Shown here in pieces: positions 44,101 to 61,353 of a stretch of DNA of 64,000 nt. Positions within the stretch are counted from its first letter, which is position 1. The number at the start of each line of letters is the position of its first letter. This DNA comes from Macrostomum hystrix. Its lineage: Eukaryota; Animalia; Platyhelminthes. The position numbers were made by a program, and so were the translations under genes. Below the pieces are notes generated by a model. It was given only the letters and a program-made list of their open reading frames with translations, ran no database searches and had not been told where the DNA came from. The stretch covers positions 1,798,001 to 1,862,000 of the forward strand of contig CATNEN010000003.1 of the NCBI GenBank assembly GCA_950097015.1. Reading direction: 5' to 3'.

Positions 44101-45051
44101 ACAACCCGCAATATGTGCGCATGCCAAAGGAATGAAGAAATAATATGTAATGAAAAGTCCATGGACTGGTTCTGCCACGTACAAGTACAAAATGTTTTTA
44201 TACCACAGTAACAATTTCTTGGCCGGAGAACTAGTCTTTCGCTCATAGTCAGAAAACTTTCCTTCGGCTGAGATTGGAACTCCCAACCTCTTCAATATGA
44301 GTTAATAGCTCGATCTAACCAATGGGCAAAGAGCCCCCTTTTTTACAAGCTACCCTTCGAACATTTGAAAATATCACTTCAACTAGAAAATTGTTGATAT
44401 ATCAACTTGAACTGTAAGCGTAAATGAAGTATTTTTGGATGCTTAGTGCGATATGACAGAATGCCACAAGTCTGACTAGTAAGTAATAACAAAATGAGTA
44501 TGAGTATAGTTCAGGTGGGTGCATGGGTGGATCGGGGTCGAGCTGTTCTGAAGGAAGGGCCAGCATTCGTATAGGAAATGAAGACTATATAGTTGAAATA
44601 ACAGGAGATGCTACTGCAGGGCAAACAAGCCTGTCTTCATGGTGTATAAAGTGTCTCTCAGTACCTTGAGTCTCTGCCAGCATGTAGCAGGGGTCAGCAG
44701 GGACAGGGGTTGAAGGGGCCAGATGGAGCCTTCATGCCTATTTTATAGGTGAGAGATGAGCTTCGGTGAGCAGTTCAAGCCCTCTCCTCCTGTCACTAGC
44801 TGTCTAGACGCTAAAGCCCTCACTGTTCACAAAGCAAATCTGATTGGCTGCTGACGCTTATTGCGCAGTAGCAGCATATTATTGAGATCTTCTTTCTCAC
44901 ACCGAGGCTTTGAGCTCTAGTCCTATATTATAACTAGTAAGACCGGTTCTTCGAGTTTTCTACTACGTTAAAAGCAAACTAAACTATTCGCTAGAGAAAA
45001 CGAGCACACTAGTTGATTGTTAAATCTTGCAGTGCAGCACCTAAAGCACAC

Positions 45052-48000
45052 ATGAGCCGTACGCGTCATCAGCAGCACGATGTCATCATCATTGGCGCCG
45101 GATTAGCAGGATTAACCGCCGCGCACCTGCTGTTGAAAGCTAGGCCAGACCTGAACCTGCTAGTTCTGGAGGCCAAGGATCGCATCGGCGGCCGTCTGCT
45201 CTCAAAGCCTGTCAAATGTGCCGATGGCCAAGCCAGACAATGGTAAGCGTCTTCTGCCATCGACTGCGTGTTTGACTATAGACTAATAAAGCCTAATAAC
45301 AATAGTAATTGCAAGAGGTGTGCGGGCAATGGCACACCATTTGGTGACAGCTAGTAGACCAGCAGCCAACGAGGAGGCCATTTTGCCCATTCCGCTGACT
45401 CCTGAGCACACAAGCACATAGATACCGTACGCAGGCACATTCTCACATAGGTGTATACATCTGCCGTAAAGGTTGGCCCTCAAGGCCGTAAATTGCACCT
45501 CCAGCTCAAAGCCCTTAAGCCTTCTCTCCGCGACTGCGCCCTAAATAAATGTGGCCTCGCCGCGGAATCGAGCTCAGTGACCTCAGCGCGAGAGAGATGC
45601 GTTAACCACTGCCACTCATCCCCTTCGGAAGCCCTCTAGAGGCGACTCATTCGTGCGACTAAATTCGTGCATAAATGGGACTCCGCACTTAAATAATGTT
45701 TTCTCTTGGCTCTATAATGGCTCTCTAAATATCACTCAAAGCGTCGATGTTTAATAATCGTTCTTAAAGCATTCCGAGCTAAATAGCGGATACGCGATGC
45801 TCTCAGGCATTTCAAATTTCACAAAGAAGCCGTGTGGACTAATGTAGCACAGAAATGCTTCTTATTGTGCATCCGGGGGTTGAGTGATAGAGTGTTATAA
45901 TATACGCGACTCTTGCACTAATATCCCTCAACTCGAATCCATGGCGAATCCATTGCGCCCACAATCATTTAGAGAAGGCTTCGGGAACTCGTCGTCGTGA
46001 AATCTATGTTTAGGGGTCAGCGGACCTGGTGCTAGTACTCACAATCAATCCAATTATCATTATCATTCTCATTATTGTTAGAGCATTCTAATCTCCGATT
46101 CTAACAGGTGCTTCGGTGGCGCTTGGGCAGCCAAAAGTCAGCGCAACCTCCTGGAACTGCTAGACGAATTGGGCATTGAAACATTCGACCAGTACAGAGA
46201 GGGTGCGAAATTTGTGGAAATGGACTCCACCGTGACTCAGTACGAGGGCGGCGTGCCCACCCTTGGACTGCTCAACCTGCTAGACTTGGACCTCACTCTG
46301 AAAGCACTTGAACGACAGGCGGCCGGATTGAAGACTGGCACACCTGAGCAGATGCAGCGATGGGATCAGGAGTCGGTGCGCGAAGCTGTTCAAAGGCTCA
46401 CTTTTCGGTGAGATATTTTTTTTACCAGGTGTCGTTCGAATTGGCTAGAGATATTCGAGTCCCAGAGATGGCAAGAAAGCAGTATCCTTTTTCAAGTTCC
46501 GAAAAGAAATTGGATTAAATGGCGTTAATAATTAAATAATATTGGCAGCAGGGCTGTGAGCACTGTATAATCCTATTGGGAATTAGGTCCACAGACAGCG
46601 TGCACAAAAGGCCCACAAAAGCAACTATGCCAGTTCTGCTGTCACCTGAGTACACACTCACGCAGCTGGTGCGAACATCCGCCCTAGCTTTTTCGTCATC
46701 AGGCGGTCTAAAATCTCACTGTGCCTCGGGGACTGCATCGAAATTAATGCGGCCTAGCCCCGGATTCGAGCTCAGGGGCTTCGGTGCGACAGTCGGAAGT
46801 TTTTTCCGCTCCAGCCCTCAAGCCCTGAGTTCATGATGTTGTAAAAATCTGGTGCTAGTGGCACCCCAGGTGCTTCGCCAAGATTATTGTGGGGAGGCGC
46901 GTCTTACGCGGATGGTCGAGCACCACGGATTTGGGGGTTAGGGGGCACCAGATGAGATTTTGAGGCTTAAGTACTGATTTGGAGGAGACAATAATTCAAT
47001 CAACCTTTTAAATTTCCAGACCAAAGAAAAAATCTCATTTAAAGCGAGTTGCTATAGAAAAACCGAGAATTAACGCGCATTGTATTGCTACCCGTTGATG
47101 CAGGCAGGAGAGTGAGCTGTTCCTGAGAGGAGTTGTTGCACCGGTCCTCCAAGGATCAGACGAGCGCATGTCTCAGATTCACGCCCTGAATGTGGCCCAG
47201 TCGAGCGGCGGCTTCGAGAAGCTGTTCAAAGACGCCCAGGAGTTGCGCATTGATGGCGGCGCTCATGGGATAGTGCTGCGCCTGGCTGAACGAATTGGCC
47301 ACGATCGATTGCGACTCAACTGGCAGCTCGCCGAAGTTCAACAGGCCGACGCGGACAATTACAACAATCCTCGGTGGAATGGAAACGACTCCGAGGGCAT
47401 TGTTAGCGGTGAAGTGCACATTGTGTCGCAGAGTGGAGCTCAGTTGTCTAGTCGGCTCGTGCTTTGCACGCTACCCTTCGCCGGCCTCGGCTCAGTGAAG
47501 TTCAAGCCAGAGCTGCCGCAGGGTAAACGGCTACTCGCCAGCAACTGTCCGAGCGTGTCCCACACCCTCAAGACAGTCATCACGTACGCCAACGCCTTCT
47601 GGCGACAGGCCGGCCTCTCCGGCGAGATTCTGTGCTGTCAGGGCCAGCCGACAGAGACTCGCGCTGCTATCGGGCCCATCAGCGTCTGCTATGACGCCAC
47701 GACTAGGGACGGAGCCCACGCCGCTCTGGTTGTTGTGGCCTCGCCTGGCGCCGACAGGAATGCTGACCCTAGCGAGCGTCGGGCTGCCCTCCTGAACCAC
47801 CTGGCCAGGTTTTTCCCTAGGGAGAGCGTGTTTAATTACGTCGACTACGTGGAGCACAGCTGGCACGATGAGCCGCATCACACCACCTGCATGGCCTCCG
47901 CTGTGCCAGTTGGATTCGGCAGCATCTTGCTGAGCCAGGACCTGTCTAAACCGTTGAACAGAGTGCACTTTGCTAGCAGTGACCTGGCCGATCAGTGGAT

Positions 48001-48067
48001 TGGCTACATGGAGGGCGCTGTGCAGAGCGCGAAACGGGCGGTGAGAGACATGCTGCCAGCGCTGTGA
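45052..48067 (+). CDS. Flavin-containing amine oxidase (MAO-like); exons 45052-45242, 46108-46407, 47104-48067
   Basis: GAGLAG FAD-binding motif, [15 protein letters not shown]...[12 protein letters not shown]; splice phases join in frame (484 aa). Confidence 0.9.
45300..45615 (-). mobile_element. tRNA-derived SINE family 2
   Basis: Homologous to the copy at 50701-51000. Confidence 0.7.
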
Positions 48068-48992
48068 ATCATTGGCATGGGAAACATGAGATCAAAGGCT
48101 GACTGAGCAATAAAGTACACCTGAATAAAAGAAAGTAAAAGCTAGTCTTTCTATTTCTCTATTAAATATTACGATGATCTTTGAAGCATCCCACATGCTC
48201 ATTGTATTCTAAGCATGCCACAAGTGATTAAAAAACTGTTGCCAAATAACTTCAAAGGATTTTCACTGCTTCAGTCGCCATGTTACCGCGTTAGATTTAT
48301 GTTTGTCTCTTTTTAATTAAACTGCTGTTGTATCCGCGCAACCCGCTCAAATATGACGCTTCGCTTCAAAAAACTTTATCTATCACAAAAATAGACAATC
48401 AAATCTCTCATTGTGATAAGCAAGAAAACCGATGTCTTTGAAACTCACAAGTGAAAAAAATGTGTTTTCAAGTCCAAGTGACTCTTAAAAGTTATTTTTA
48501 ATGACGAAATTTCACGTGTGTGCCGTATCTAAAACCTAAAATCTTGATTGTGAATTTCACCAAGCGCAATTAAGTACCTAGCGACACAATGACCATTATT
48601 GCTTACTGTCGTTGCTTAAAGACATTTGAAACATTTCAGGCAGATCTGCTCTGAATGAGTAACGTATTCCTAAGAGAAGAGTGAATCGAACGGTTGGGCC
48701 GTGTATATCTCTGTATGTCTCTGCGCTTGGCAGGTAAAACGTAATGCTTCGTCTAGATAATAGAGATTAGCTGAAATCCAAGAGTCAAAGAGCGCCAGAG
48801 ATAACAACTTTCGCTAGTGACTCGATTCGTAGCCGTTGGCAACGTTGGACAACAAAGAGAATTTCAAGGTTGAAATTCAGAGGCTACAATATATATAACA
48901 AGCGCGCCTACTCTCTCTCTCTCTCTGTAGTAGCTGGCAGCCGAATATTTTCCGAGTTTTCAGCAAAATATTCAAACAATCGCCGCAGAGCA

Positions 48993-53532
<4,540 letters not shown>

Positions 53533-54089
53533 AAGCTAAAATACGCCGATGATACTGATTGAATTGCCATGGAACTGAAAATAAAAACGCTTGCTTTTCT
53601 AGAAACTCCATGCTGTGTCAAGAATTTTATAGGCTATAGTCTGTTTGAAAGGGTCTGCGTGAGAGTTGGACTCTAGTTTGAGTGTGTTACACACTGGTTA
53701 CACAACAGATAAGTATTTACTTGTCGTCTTGTACTGAGGAATACAATGATAATCGACATTAGATAACGACGAGAAACTAAGTTAAACAAGCGTTACAGTA
53801 GTATATAATATTTATACATGTATGTACTTCTATGTACTCTTATCTCACTGTCTGTAAAGAGTTTATGAAATATATTTTAAAAAGCATAAGTTACTACGGT
53901 TAATTTAAAATTTGTGCACGCTTAGTACGAGTTTATTCATCATTTTGGTTATGATACCGATTTACGCAGCCAGTTTGATCTGATCAACAATGATTCAGCT
54001 AGAATGTCGCTTCGTTACATAAGTCAGAAAAGTGTGCAATTTTACATAAATTCGACCAAAACAGCGTCACAATAGTAATTATATGAGTA

Positions 54090-54435
54090 ATTGCAGAAGG
54101 GCTGCGATAAATGGCACATTATTTGGTGACCAGAATGGATCCGCAGCCAGCGAGGAGGCAGTTCTGCCAATTTCGCCGACTCTGGAGCACACCTGCCACG
54201 GATACCGTACGCAGGCATACGCTCACACAGGTGAGTTATTCTGCCCTAACTCTCTTATGGTCAGGCAGTGCAAGTACACACTCACTGTGCCTTGAATATT
54301 GGCCCTAAATAATTGAACGGCAGGCCCCGGCCCAAGCTTTGTCTTCGCGGCCTTACCCAAATAAATCGGGCCTCGCCGTGGAATCAAGCTCAAGGATCTT
54401 GTTGCGAGGGTCAAACGTGTTAACGGCTCTGCCAT
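54090..54435 (-). mobile_element. SINE family 2 copy
   Basis: Homologous to 50701-51000. Confidence 0.7.
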
Positions 54436-55879
54436 TGCTATGCACTTTTGGTCACATAAGGACGCACGTATAGGATGCGTGTCAAATGTCCTTTGGACAT
54501 ACAGTGCGTATCAATGTCGCTTTAGTTCATAGACTAAAGTTTAGTAGACCACATTCAAGGAATAGCTTAGTCAAACAATTTTGTCCATTGTAGGAAGTGG
54601 GGGCTTCGCCCCCACACCTCCTTCTCACTCTGCCCCTCGAGGTTAATACCCATAGACTAAAGCACAGCAATGTTTTTCTCGCGCTGCAATAACATTATCA
54701 CTGACAGTATTGAGTATATTATTGTAAAACCTGATTTAGCCAGAACCACTTTGTCACAAGGGAAATTAAATAAAATTGGTCTTAAAACAGCTGAGGATGA
54801 TCAGGAACATGAGACTTGCACAGAGGCTATCAACTGCCAGGGTTAACGCAGTTCAAAATTAATTTTTTCTACTCTTTTATACCTTGCCATGAAAAAATCT
54901 AAAAGGGCGAATGTACTTCACATAAAAGTGTACATAAACTGAAGCACAGAATTTTTAAGTCATTTCGTGAGTCATTTCGTAAGTCAATGGGTGTATTTCG
55001 ACTACTTAATATACCGTACATATTCGCTAGCCTTTTTCTCTACCAGAAATCTGATTAGGACGAAGAAACGAGTTTTTATTGAAAAAGCAATTATTAACTC
55101 TTTTTTGTTGCTAAAAAGTTTTTTGAACCTGAACCCGAAACATTTAGTTTCTCTGTTATGTATGATGGATGTATTATATGAACAATTTGGAATAAATTTG
55201 AAGCATGACGTCATCAAACTGTACGAGCGTAATTTGTGATTCGGATGTGCTATGAACTGTCGGTACACATTTACTTGCTGAAAAATTATAGTGTGCGTAA
55301 ATGAAACGCTTGTCCAATTGTTATTACAACTTTATTGATTTTTACTTATTTTCAAAACCATATTAAACTCGAATGGAACTCAGAAGATAGAACAGAAAAT
55401 TAAGCGTATGTGTAAAAAAGTATACTTTAATAATAAAATAAATTGACTGGATTTAACCTAAATAGGAAATATTTTACAGTAAAACAACAAAATGAGTATA
55501 TATATATATACGCTCGTACGAATAATAAAACAAAACAAAAAAATGATGAAAAACTCAAACTCTGCTAGGATGGCTAATTAAAACAAAATGGTCATAAACT
55601 GTCTTAAACGCAAAACTATCATAAAATGTCACACCTTGCATACTCGTATCAAGTTAGCGTCTGGAACGCTCATTGAATATCTTTGTCAATGCATATAAAA
55701 GTGATCGACAAAAACCTGTCCATAAAACTTAGATATAGTAAACGATATCAAATTGTGCAGTGGATTTAGAAATTCATATTCTCTATATCGACTTGGGAAA
55801 AAAACGTTCCCTAAATAATAAATATTATGTAATATTATATATAACCATAATATACTATTTGCAAAAAAACTGAAACTTT

Positions 55880-56130
55880 GTGACCTCCCAAATCCAAGGT
55901 GACACGGCCTCCCAAATCCAAGGTGACACGGCCTCCCAAATCCAAGGTGACGCGGCCTCCCTAATCCAAAGTGACGTGACCTCCCAAATCCAAGGTGACG
56001 CGGCCTCCCTAATCCAAGGTGACGTGACCTCCCAAATCCAAGGTGACGCGGCCTCCCTAATCCAAAGTGACGTGACCTCCCAAATCCAAGGTGACGCGGC
56101 CTCCCAAATCCAAGGTGACGCGGCCTCCCA
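55880..56130. repeat. 24-bp minisatellite
   Basis: CCTCCCAAATCCAAGGTGACGCGG variants, about 10 units. Confidence 0.93.
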
Positions 56131-56272
56131 AGACACTTTATCAAGACACATGTACAACGTATTTTATATGGTATGGGCCTCTCAGCTAATGCGAATACTC
56201 AAATTTTTTACTGCATGATATTTTAAACCCAGCATACAAATTCGTCTACTCAATCTAGTCTCTTAGTGGGCC

Positions 56273-56776
56273 TTATTTAGCATCGTGAGCAGCCGCATGC
56301 GGTGGCGGCACAATCGCCACTGGCCTATGAGCGTGATGCAGAATGTAGTCGGACACGCTGCCAAGAAACGTGCGCCTCATCGTGCCGACACCCCTGCTGC
56401 CGACAACAATCAAAGACGCATCCTCTTCGCCGGCAATGGCAACCAGCGCTGATCCGGGACTGGCCGACAGGCGCTCAACAAACCGGATGCCGCTGGCAGC
56501 AGGCAGGCCTAGAGTTTGACAACGGTCGCGTAGATCGCTAGCCAGACGATGGCCGGAGTGCACAGCCTCCCTGACGCTGTTAGTGTAGATTTCAGCGGAC
56601 ACCCCGCTGGCATAGCCAGCTCCAAGGCTGATGGGTGGTGGCTCGGCCACGTAGGCGAATACGAGCTGGTCTTCGGGACTGGCGAGGTTGGCGGCGTACC
56701 ACTCCAGGGCGCGCTCGCTGTGCCGACTCCCGTCGACGGCGATGAGCACTCTGCGCTGCTTCAGTTTTTCTGACAT
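56273..56776 (-). CDS. Universal stress protein (UspA family)
   Basis: VLIAVDGS..S..ALEW; IVVGSRG.G..RRTFLGSVSDYILHHA..PVAIVP. Confidence 0.95.
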   Translation of the reverse strand: MSEKLKQRRVLIAVDGSRHSERALEWYAANLASPEDQLVFAYVAEPPPISLGAGYASGVSAEIYTNSVREAVHSGHRLASDLRDRCQTLGLPAASGIRFVERLSASPGSALVAIAGEEDASLIVVGSRGVGTMRRTFLGSVSDYILHHAHRPVAIVPPPHAAAHDAK

Positions 56777-56815
56777 TGTCTAGCTATCGCGTGACCTGTG
56801 AAATCCAGAGTTTAT

Positions 56816-57442
56816 CTGCGTTGGGCGCATTAAAAAAAGTAACGGCGATGGTGGTAACGATCGTTACTGACCATTTGGCCATGGAAAAAAACTAAGTAAG
56901 GAAAAAGACAAAAAATAGTAACGGTCGTTACTTTTAATGGTTACCTTTCCTCTTTTCTTATAAATCTGTTGTTTCTTTACGCAAGCACGTTATAAATACG
57001 TGTAGCTTTGTCTATCGGTCCAACATCGTCCTTTTTTAGACTTCGTAATCATTATCACTCTCAATGATCTTGACCATTTTGGGCTGGGGTTTAGTAGCCA
57101 TGATGATCATGTCGAGATTTTAGATTGATGATACTGATGATGTTTGTAATATAATATTGTCGTCAGAGTACAGTAAAGTAAAACTAAGAAATCGAAAGAT
57201 ATAGTTGATAATTATATGAATTCGACTATTTTAATGCTAGCAATTCGAAAAAATAGACAATTTAAGGCGTTTTTTAATTCAGCAAAAGAAATAGTTTACC
57301 GTGCTGCTAATTTATTAAACATTTTTTTGGAAACTGGTAACGAAAACAGGTAAGGGGAAATGCACACTGTTGGTAACGACTCGATACCATCATTCACGTT
57401 GCAAAAAAGTTACTAATTACGTTACTAAAAACTCCAACACTG
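56816..57442. mobile_element. Non-autonomous hAT-like element 40 bp upstream of the USP start codon
   Basis: Imperfect TIRs CTGCGTTGG / CCAACACTG, subterminal GTAAC repeats, 8-bp TSD GAGTTTAT. Confidence 0.65.
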
Positions 57443-59256
57443 GAGTTTATTATGGCACAGACATAGTTCGAATCCACGAAAGGGGAGAATGTTTTGGGGC
57501 AACACCTATTCATAAAATATGTACCTTCGTACGATCCGTGTGCTCAATGGTCAGCTGAATGGGTGAAATTCATTCAAATGAAAAACCCAGCTCAAACTTT
57601 ATTCAAGGGCGTAAATTAGGTTACTTTGAACTTCCAGAAAAGGCCTCCTAAATACTGAATTTCGTTCGCCATTTCCCTGCAGTCAGCAGGATTTGGACAG
57701 AAAATCCCATAGCCAACTCGTAATCCCTGTCGATCTTTCTAGCAAAAAAGTGAATCGACCGGCTAGTACGGTTGCTAGGGCGACAGCAGCCCCTGTCCCT
57801 CTCACTGACCCATGTAAACAACCATCGAATGATCCATCCAATGCCTACGAGCCTACGGTTTTCTCTGTACTTTTTCAGACTTCGAAGCAAAGCCTATAAC
57901 CTCTGTAACATAAGGACTTACCGGCGCCTAATTGCTTGATAATAAAAATATTATCACGAAAATGCCGATAAGTGTATGTAGAGCAAGTCTTTCGCTTTTC
58001 CAACGAGACGATCGTAAAAAGCAGACCAGGTTTAATGCTGAAATTCTGTTCTGTCTAAAATTCTGTCTTTTTCCAAACGGCCCTGTGTTTCTTATTAACC
58101 CTCTTTCCGTCCCAAATGCATTCAAACTGGGCTTGCATTGGGTAGACTTGAATCAATGCCCCTGCCCCCTGTCCTCGCCTGGGTGCACTTCCCACTCTCT
58201 GCATACAAAAACTGCAAGCCCCTTGCTGTATGCTGCTATACATAGGGCTACAGTTGTGGAGTGACTAGAAGGATATTGGGTAGAGGTTGGTGCAATGGTG
58301 TTCTGTCTCTCATTTCTCTTCCCTCTCGGTTTCTCTCTTCTCTCACTGCGGAAATATTCACCTCCTCATTTAGTTTAAGATTATAAAAAACTAGAGTTTC
58401 CGCATAAAACCCTGCCTGAAGTCTCGCAGTAAACAGTTTCTACTGCCAGTATCAATTATTGACTGTCAGTTTAGCTGACTCGTAAGATGCTGCCCTTTTG
58501 CACTGAACTTGTGTCACGAAGGGCGGTGAACAATGTGGATTTAAAAATGTGGTTTCAACCTTCGAAGACAACTAGCGTTCTTGTTTTAGCCGCAATGAGC
58601 GCTAGAAGGAAATCTCGAACGATCGTAATGATCAGAATAAATTGGATAGAAACGTATGATTGACTGACATTTGTGAAGCTGTTGGCGATCATGCTATTTC
58701 AAACTTATAAAAAAGCATGTTCAGTCCATTCCAATCAATCATCAATCTTTATTTCATCCAGGTCATTTACTTTTCTGCGCCTAAATTGGGAAAATACAAG
58801 TATTATTCCACACAATTCGAAGCTGGAAAATCTGAGAGTGTGGGGAAAGAATGAATTCATTTCCGACAAAACGAATCTCGATGCAGAAAGATGATCAGCC
58901 TTCAGGACTCCCCGCTGCGCAACTATGACAGACTCTGACTAGCATTGGTCGGCGCAGATCCCCGCCCATGCCAATCCCGTCCTATGGGGATCTTCACGAG
59001 CAGTAGGAACAGTTCGTTTCCAAGGTCCACTGTGGATGCTTCATTTAATGAACGCCTCTCCGTAGAAACCTTTCAGCTGCAACTATAAGGGTCGAACAGG
59101 TGCGCAGCATTCACCAATGGTCTCCTTGTTGTATCAGTTTTTAGGCACTGTACGGAATGTCTTATCACAATGACCTCAACTGCGACAACTTTCTGTCGAT
59201 AGCATCTGGTAGCATCCAGACTGAAATAGAAATTAAAAGTTTAAGACTTTGAGCAG

Positions 59257-60108
59257 ATGGATCGGGAGCTCCTCGTCGTTGTCTTCGCTACTGGCAGCGT
59301 GGTGGGCGGCTGCGGCCTCGTCATTGTGCTGATCGCCCTTGGCTGCAAGCTGTCCCAGTTCTGTCATCGAAGAATTCGGCGCATGTCTGCCCTTCGTCAG
59401 CGGCGCCAACTCAGGCAAGTTCTCAAGCGGCCATCAAGTGAGCAAAATGATCGAAGGAAAAGTCGACCGAAAGTTTCAACTGATGGCAACTCGACAGGCG
59501 CGGCGATAGATCGAATATTTAGTAGGCTGTAAGCAGACTTTGCACTTCTTACATAGCTTGGTAATGGTTCATGATGCTGTGCAATCTAAAGTACGAGCTA
59601 TGTCACTGATAGGAAATGGGAAGTTGGCTGTAGAACTTGTAAAAACTTAAAGGATTGGGGAAGAAATTTTTTGTGGCCATAGACTGAATAGGTGTACACC
59701 GGCTGTAAACCTGTCCCAACCGGGCTCGCGTGTCATTTCTATTATTCTACAAATACACGAGTTATACACTACCTCTGGCACAGATCGCCTGGCGCCGGTA
59801 GGGCTTCTAACCGACCATCAGCAGCAGCTTACGAAGCAGCCGCTGCCTCCGCATGCAGCAGTTGCCAAGACAACAGCAGCGATAACAGCGACGGTTGCGG
59901 TTGGACTCCGCAGACTAGAAAACTAACTGCTCAGACGGCCCCGACTGGCGGAGCACGAATCGATGGTAACATCGATGATTGGCCACCAATCGTTGGAGCT
60001 CCGTCAGCCGCTGTCAACGCATCGGGCTTCGGTGGCAGCGGCGCCGGTGACAGAAATGCTGGACCAAGACGCGGTCATATCATCTTCGGTTGGGGCAGGT
60101 CTTCTTAG
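59257..60108 (+). CDS. Putative small single-pass membrane protein; exons 59257-59528, 59784-60108
   Basis: N-terminal hydrophobic segment followed by a basic stop-transfer; GTAAGC donor and CAG acceptor join in frame. Confidence 0.5.
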
Positions 60109-60349
60109 TTTATTTGTTTCGACCATTCAACCACCCGAAGTTCGAGCCAAGCTGATTGATGCTGGTGACACTTTTATCGGGAATTTTGAGACTTGCTCCA
60201 GGACACTCCGGGCTCAAAGCTGCCGAACTCATGATGCCCGGAGCTCTAAACAGTGGACCGCATGCTACTCAAGCTTAGCATAAGACTGTTGTTAGTCACA
60301 CCCAGAAGGTGAGGTTGAGGTTGTCGCCTTGTAGGAGGTTGCAGCCTTG

Positions 60350-60620
60350 TGAGCGTCGGACTCACGACTTGAAAGTCGGGGGTTCGATTCCCGATTCCAC
60401 TGGAAAAAAATTGTCTGCTTTAGCAAGACAATTAACTCTGCATTGCTTCAGTTCACACAGCTGTTAAATGGGTATTAGCTTTAGCTGGGGTTATTGAGGG
60501 TGGGTGAGGGGCGTTGAGAGGCGTCGCCCCAGTCCATGGACTGAACAGCCGTACGCAGCCATCAGATGCGCCGCGCAATAGCTGCTACTGTGCTGTCGGC
60601 TATTGTCTGCCAAATTGGGG
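60350..60620 (+). mobile_element. SINE family 1 copy
   Basis: GAGCGTCGGACTCACGACTTGAA..GGGGTTCGATTC head and shared body. Confidence 0.72.
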
Positions 60621-61353
60621 CAGGTGTAATCAATTATTATTATGTACTGTGCATGGCAGCTAATGTAAATACTCATTGAATCTAAAATCTAAATTACGAG
60701 CTAGATACACTAACAACACTACTAGTCAGCCTACGAGTAGACAGTAAAGTGAAATTCAATTATGAATGCGCGGTGTTTCCTTTCCATTTAAGGAAGTTCG
60801 GTACAGTTATTTCAACTATTTCAAACATTTTATTCTTGGAGTTGCACATGCTTATATTTCAAAGGCAACTGCGTTGCACATTTCAGTCTAGCTTTAAGAA
60901 TAACTTGGCTCCGTTCGTCTTCGTCTTAATAAATTTTGTTTGAGCATTTGAATCTTGAGAACACACGCCGTACCAGTCTCTGGCTGGTCTATGCGGGTTT
61001 TGTGACTCGGCTACCAGCTGAAAAAATGCTGCCAGAGATCTGCTGTTCTGCTAACGGCTGGCGTAGTATCGGCAGCCGATTTCACCAATCGTTTATTTCC
61101 CTCCCCCTCTCTCTCTCTCTAGACTCAAAAGTGAACTTAGCTTCAATACAGTGTAGCCAGTAAAGTGGTGAGCGCTTGTACGACAAGCCAAGGAAGAGCA
61201 GTTCGACTTATTTTCTCATATTTTCCGATTTTAAATTCATAGCTGACCCTGCAGTCTTTGAGTAGAGTTTAATCGCCAACACCATAAAAATATAATTAAG
61301 CAGCGATAAAACCCTGAACAGTATCGGGTGCGCGAGAGACTCTGCTCTAGAAA

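Noticed and set aside
55686-56218. Repeat-peptide ORFs
   Set aside because: Products of the 24-bp minisatellite with no other coding evidence
56273-56776. USP gene as bacterial contamination or recent horizontal transfer
   Set aside because: USP genes are known in several invertebrate phyla, and a splice acceptor lies just upstream of the ATG
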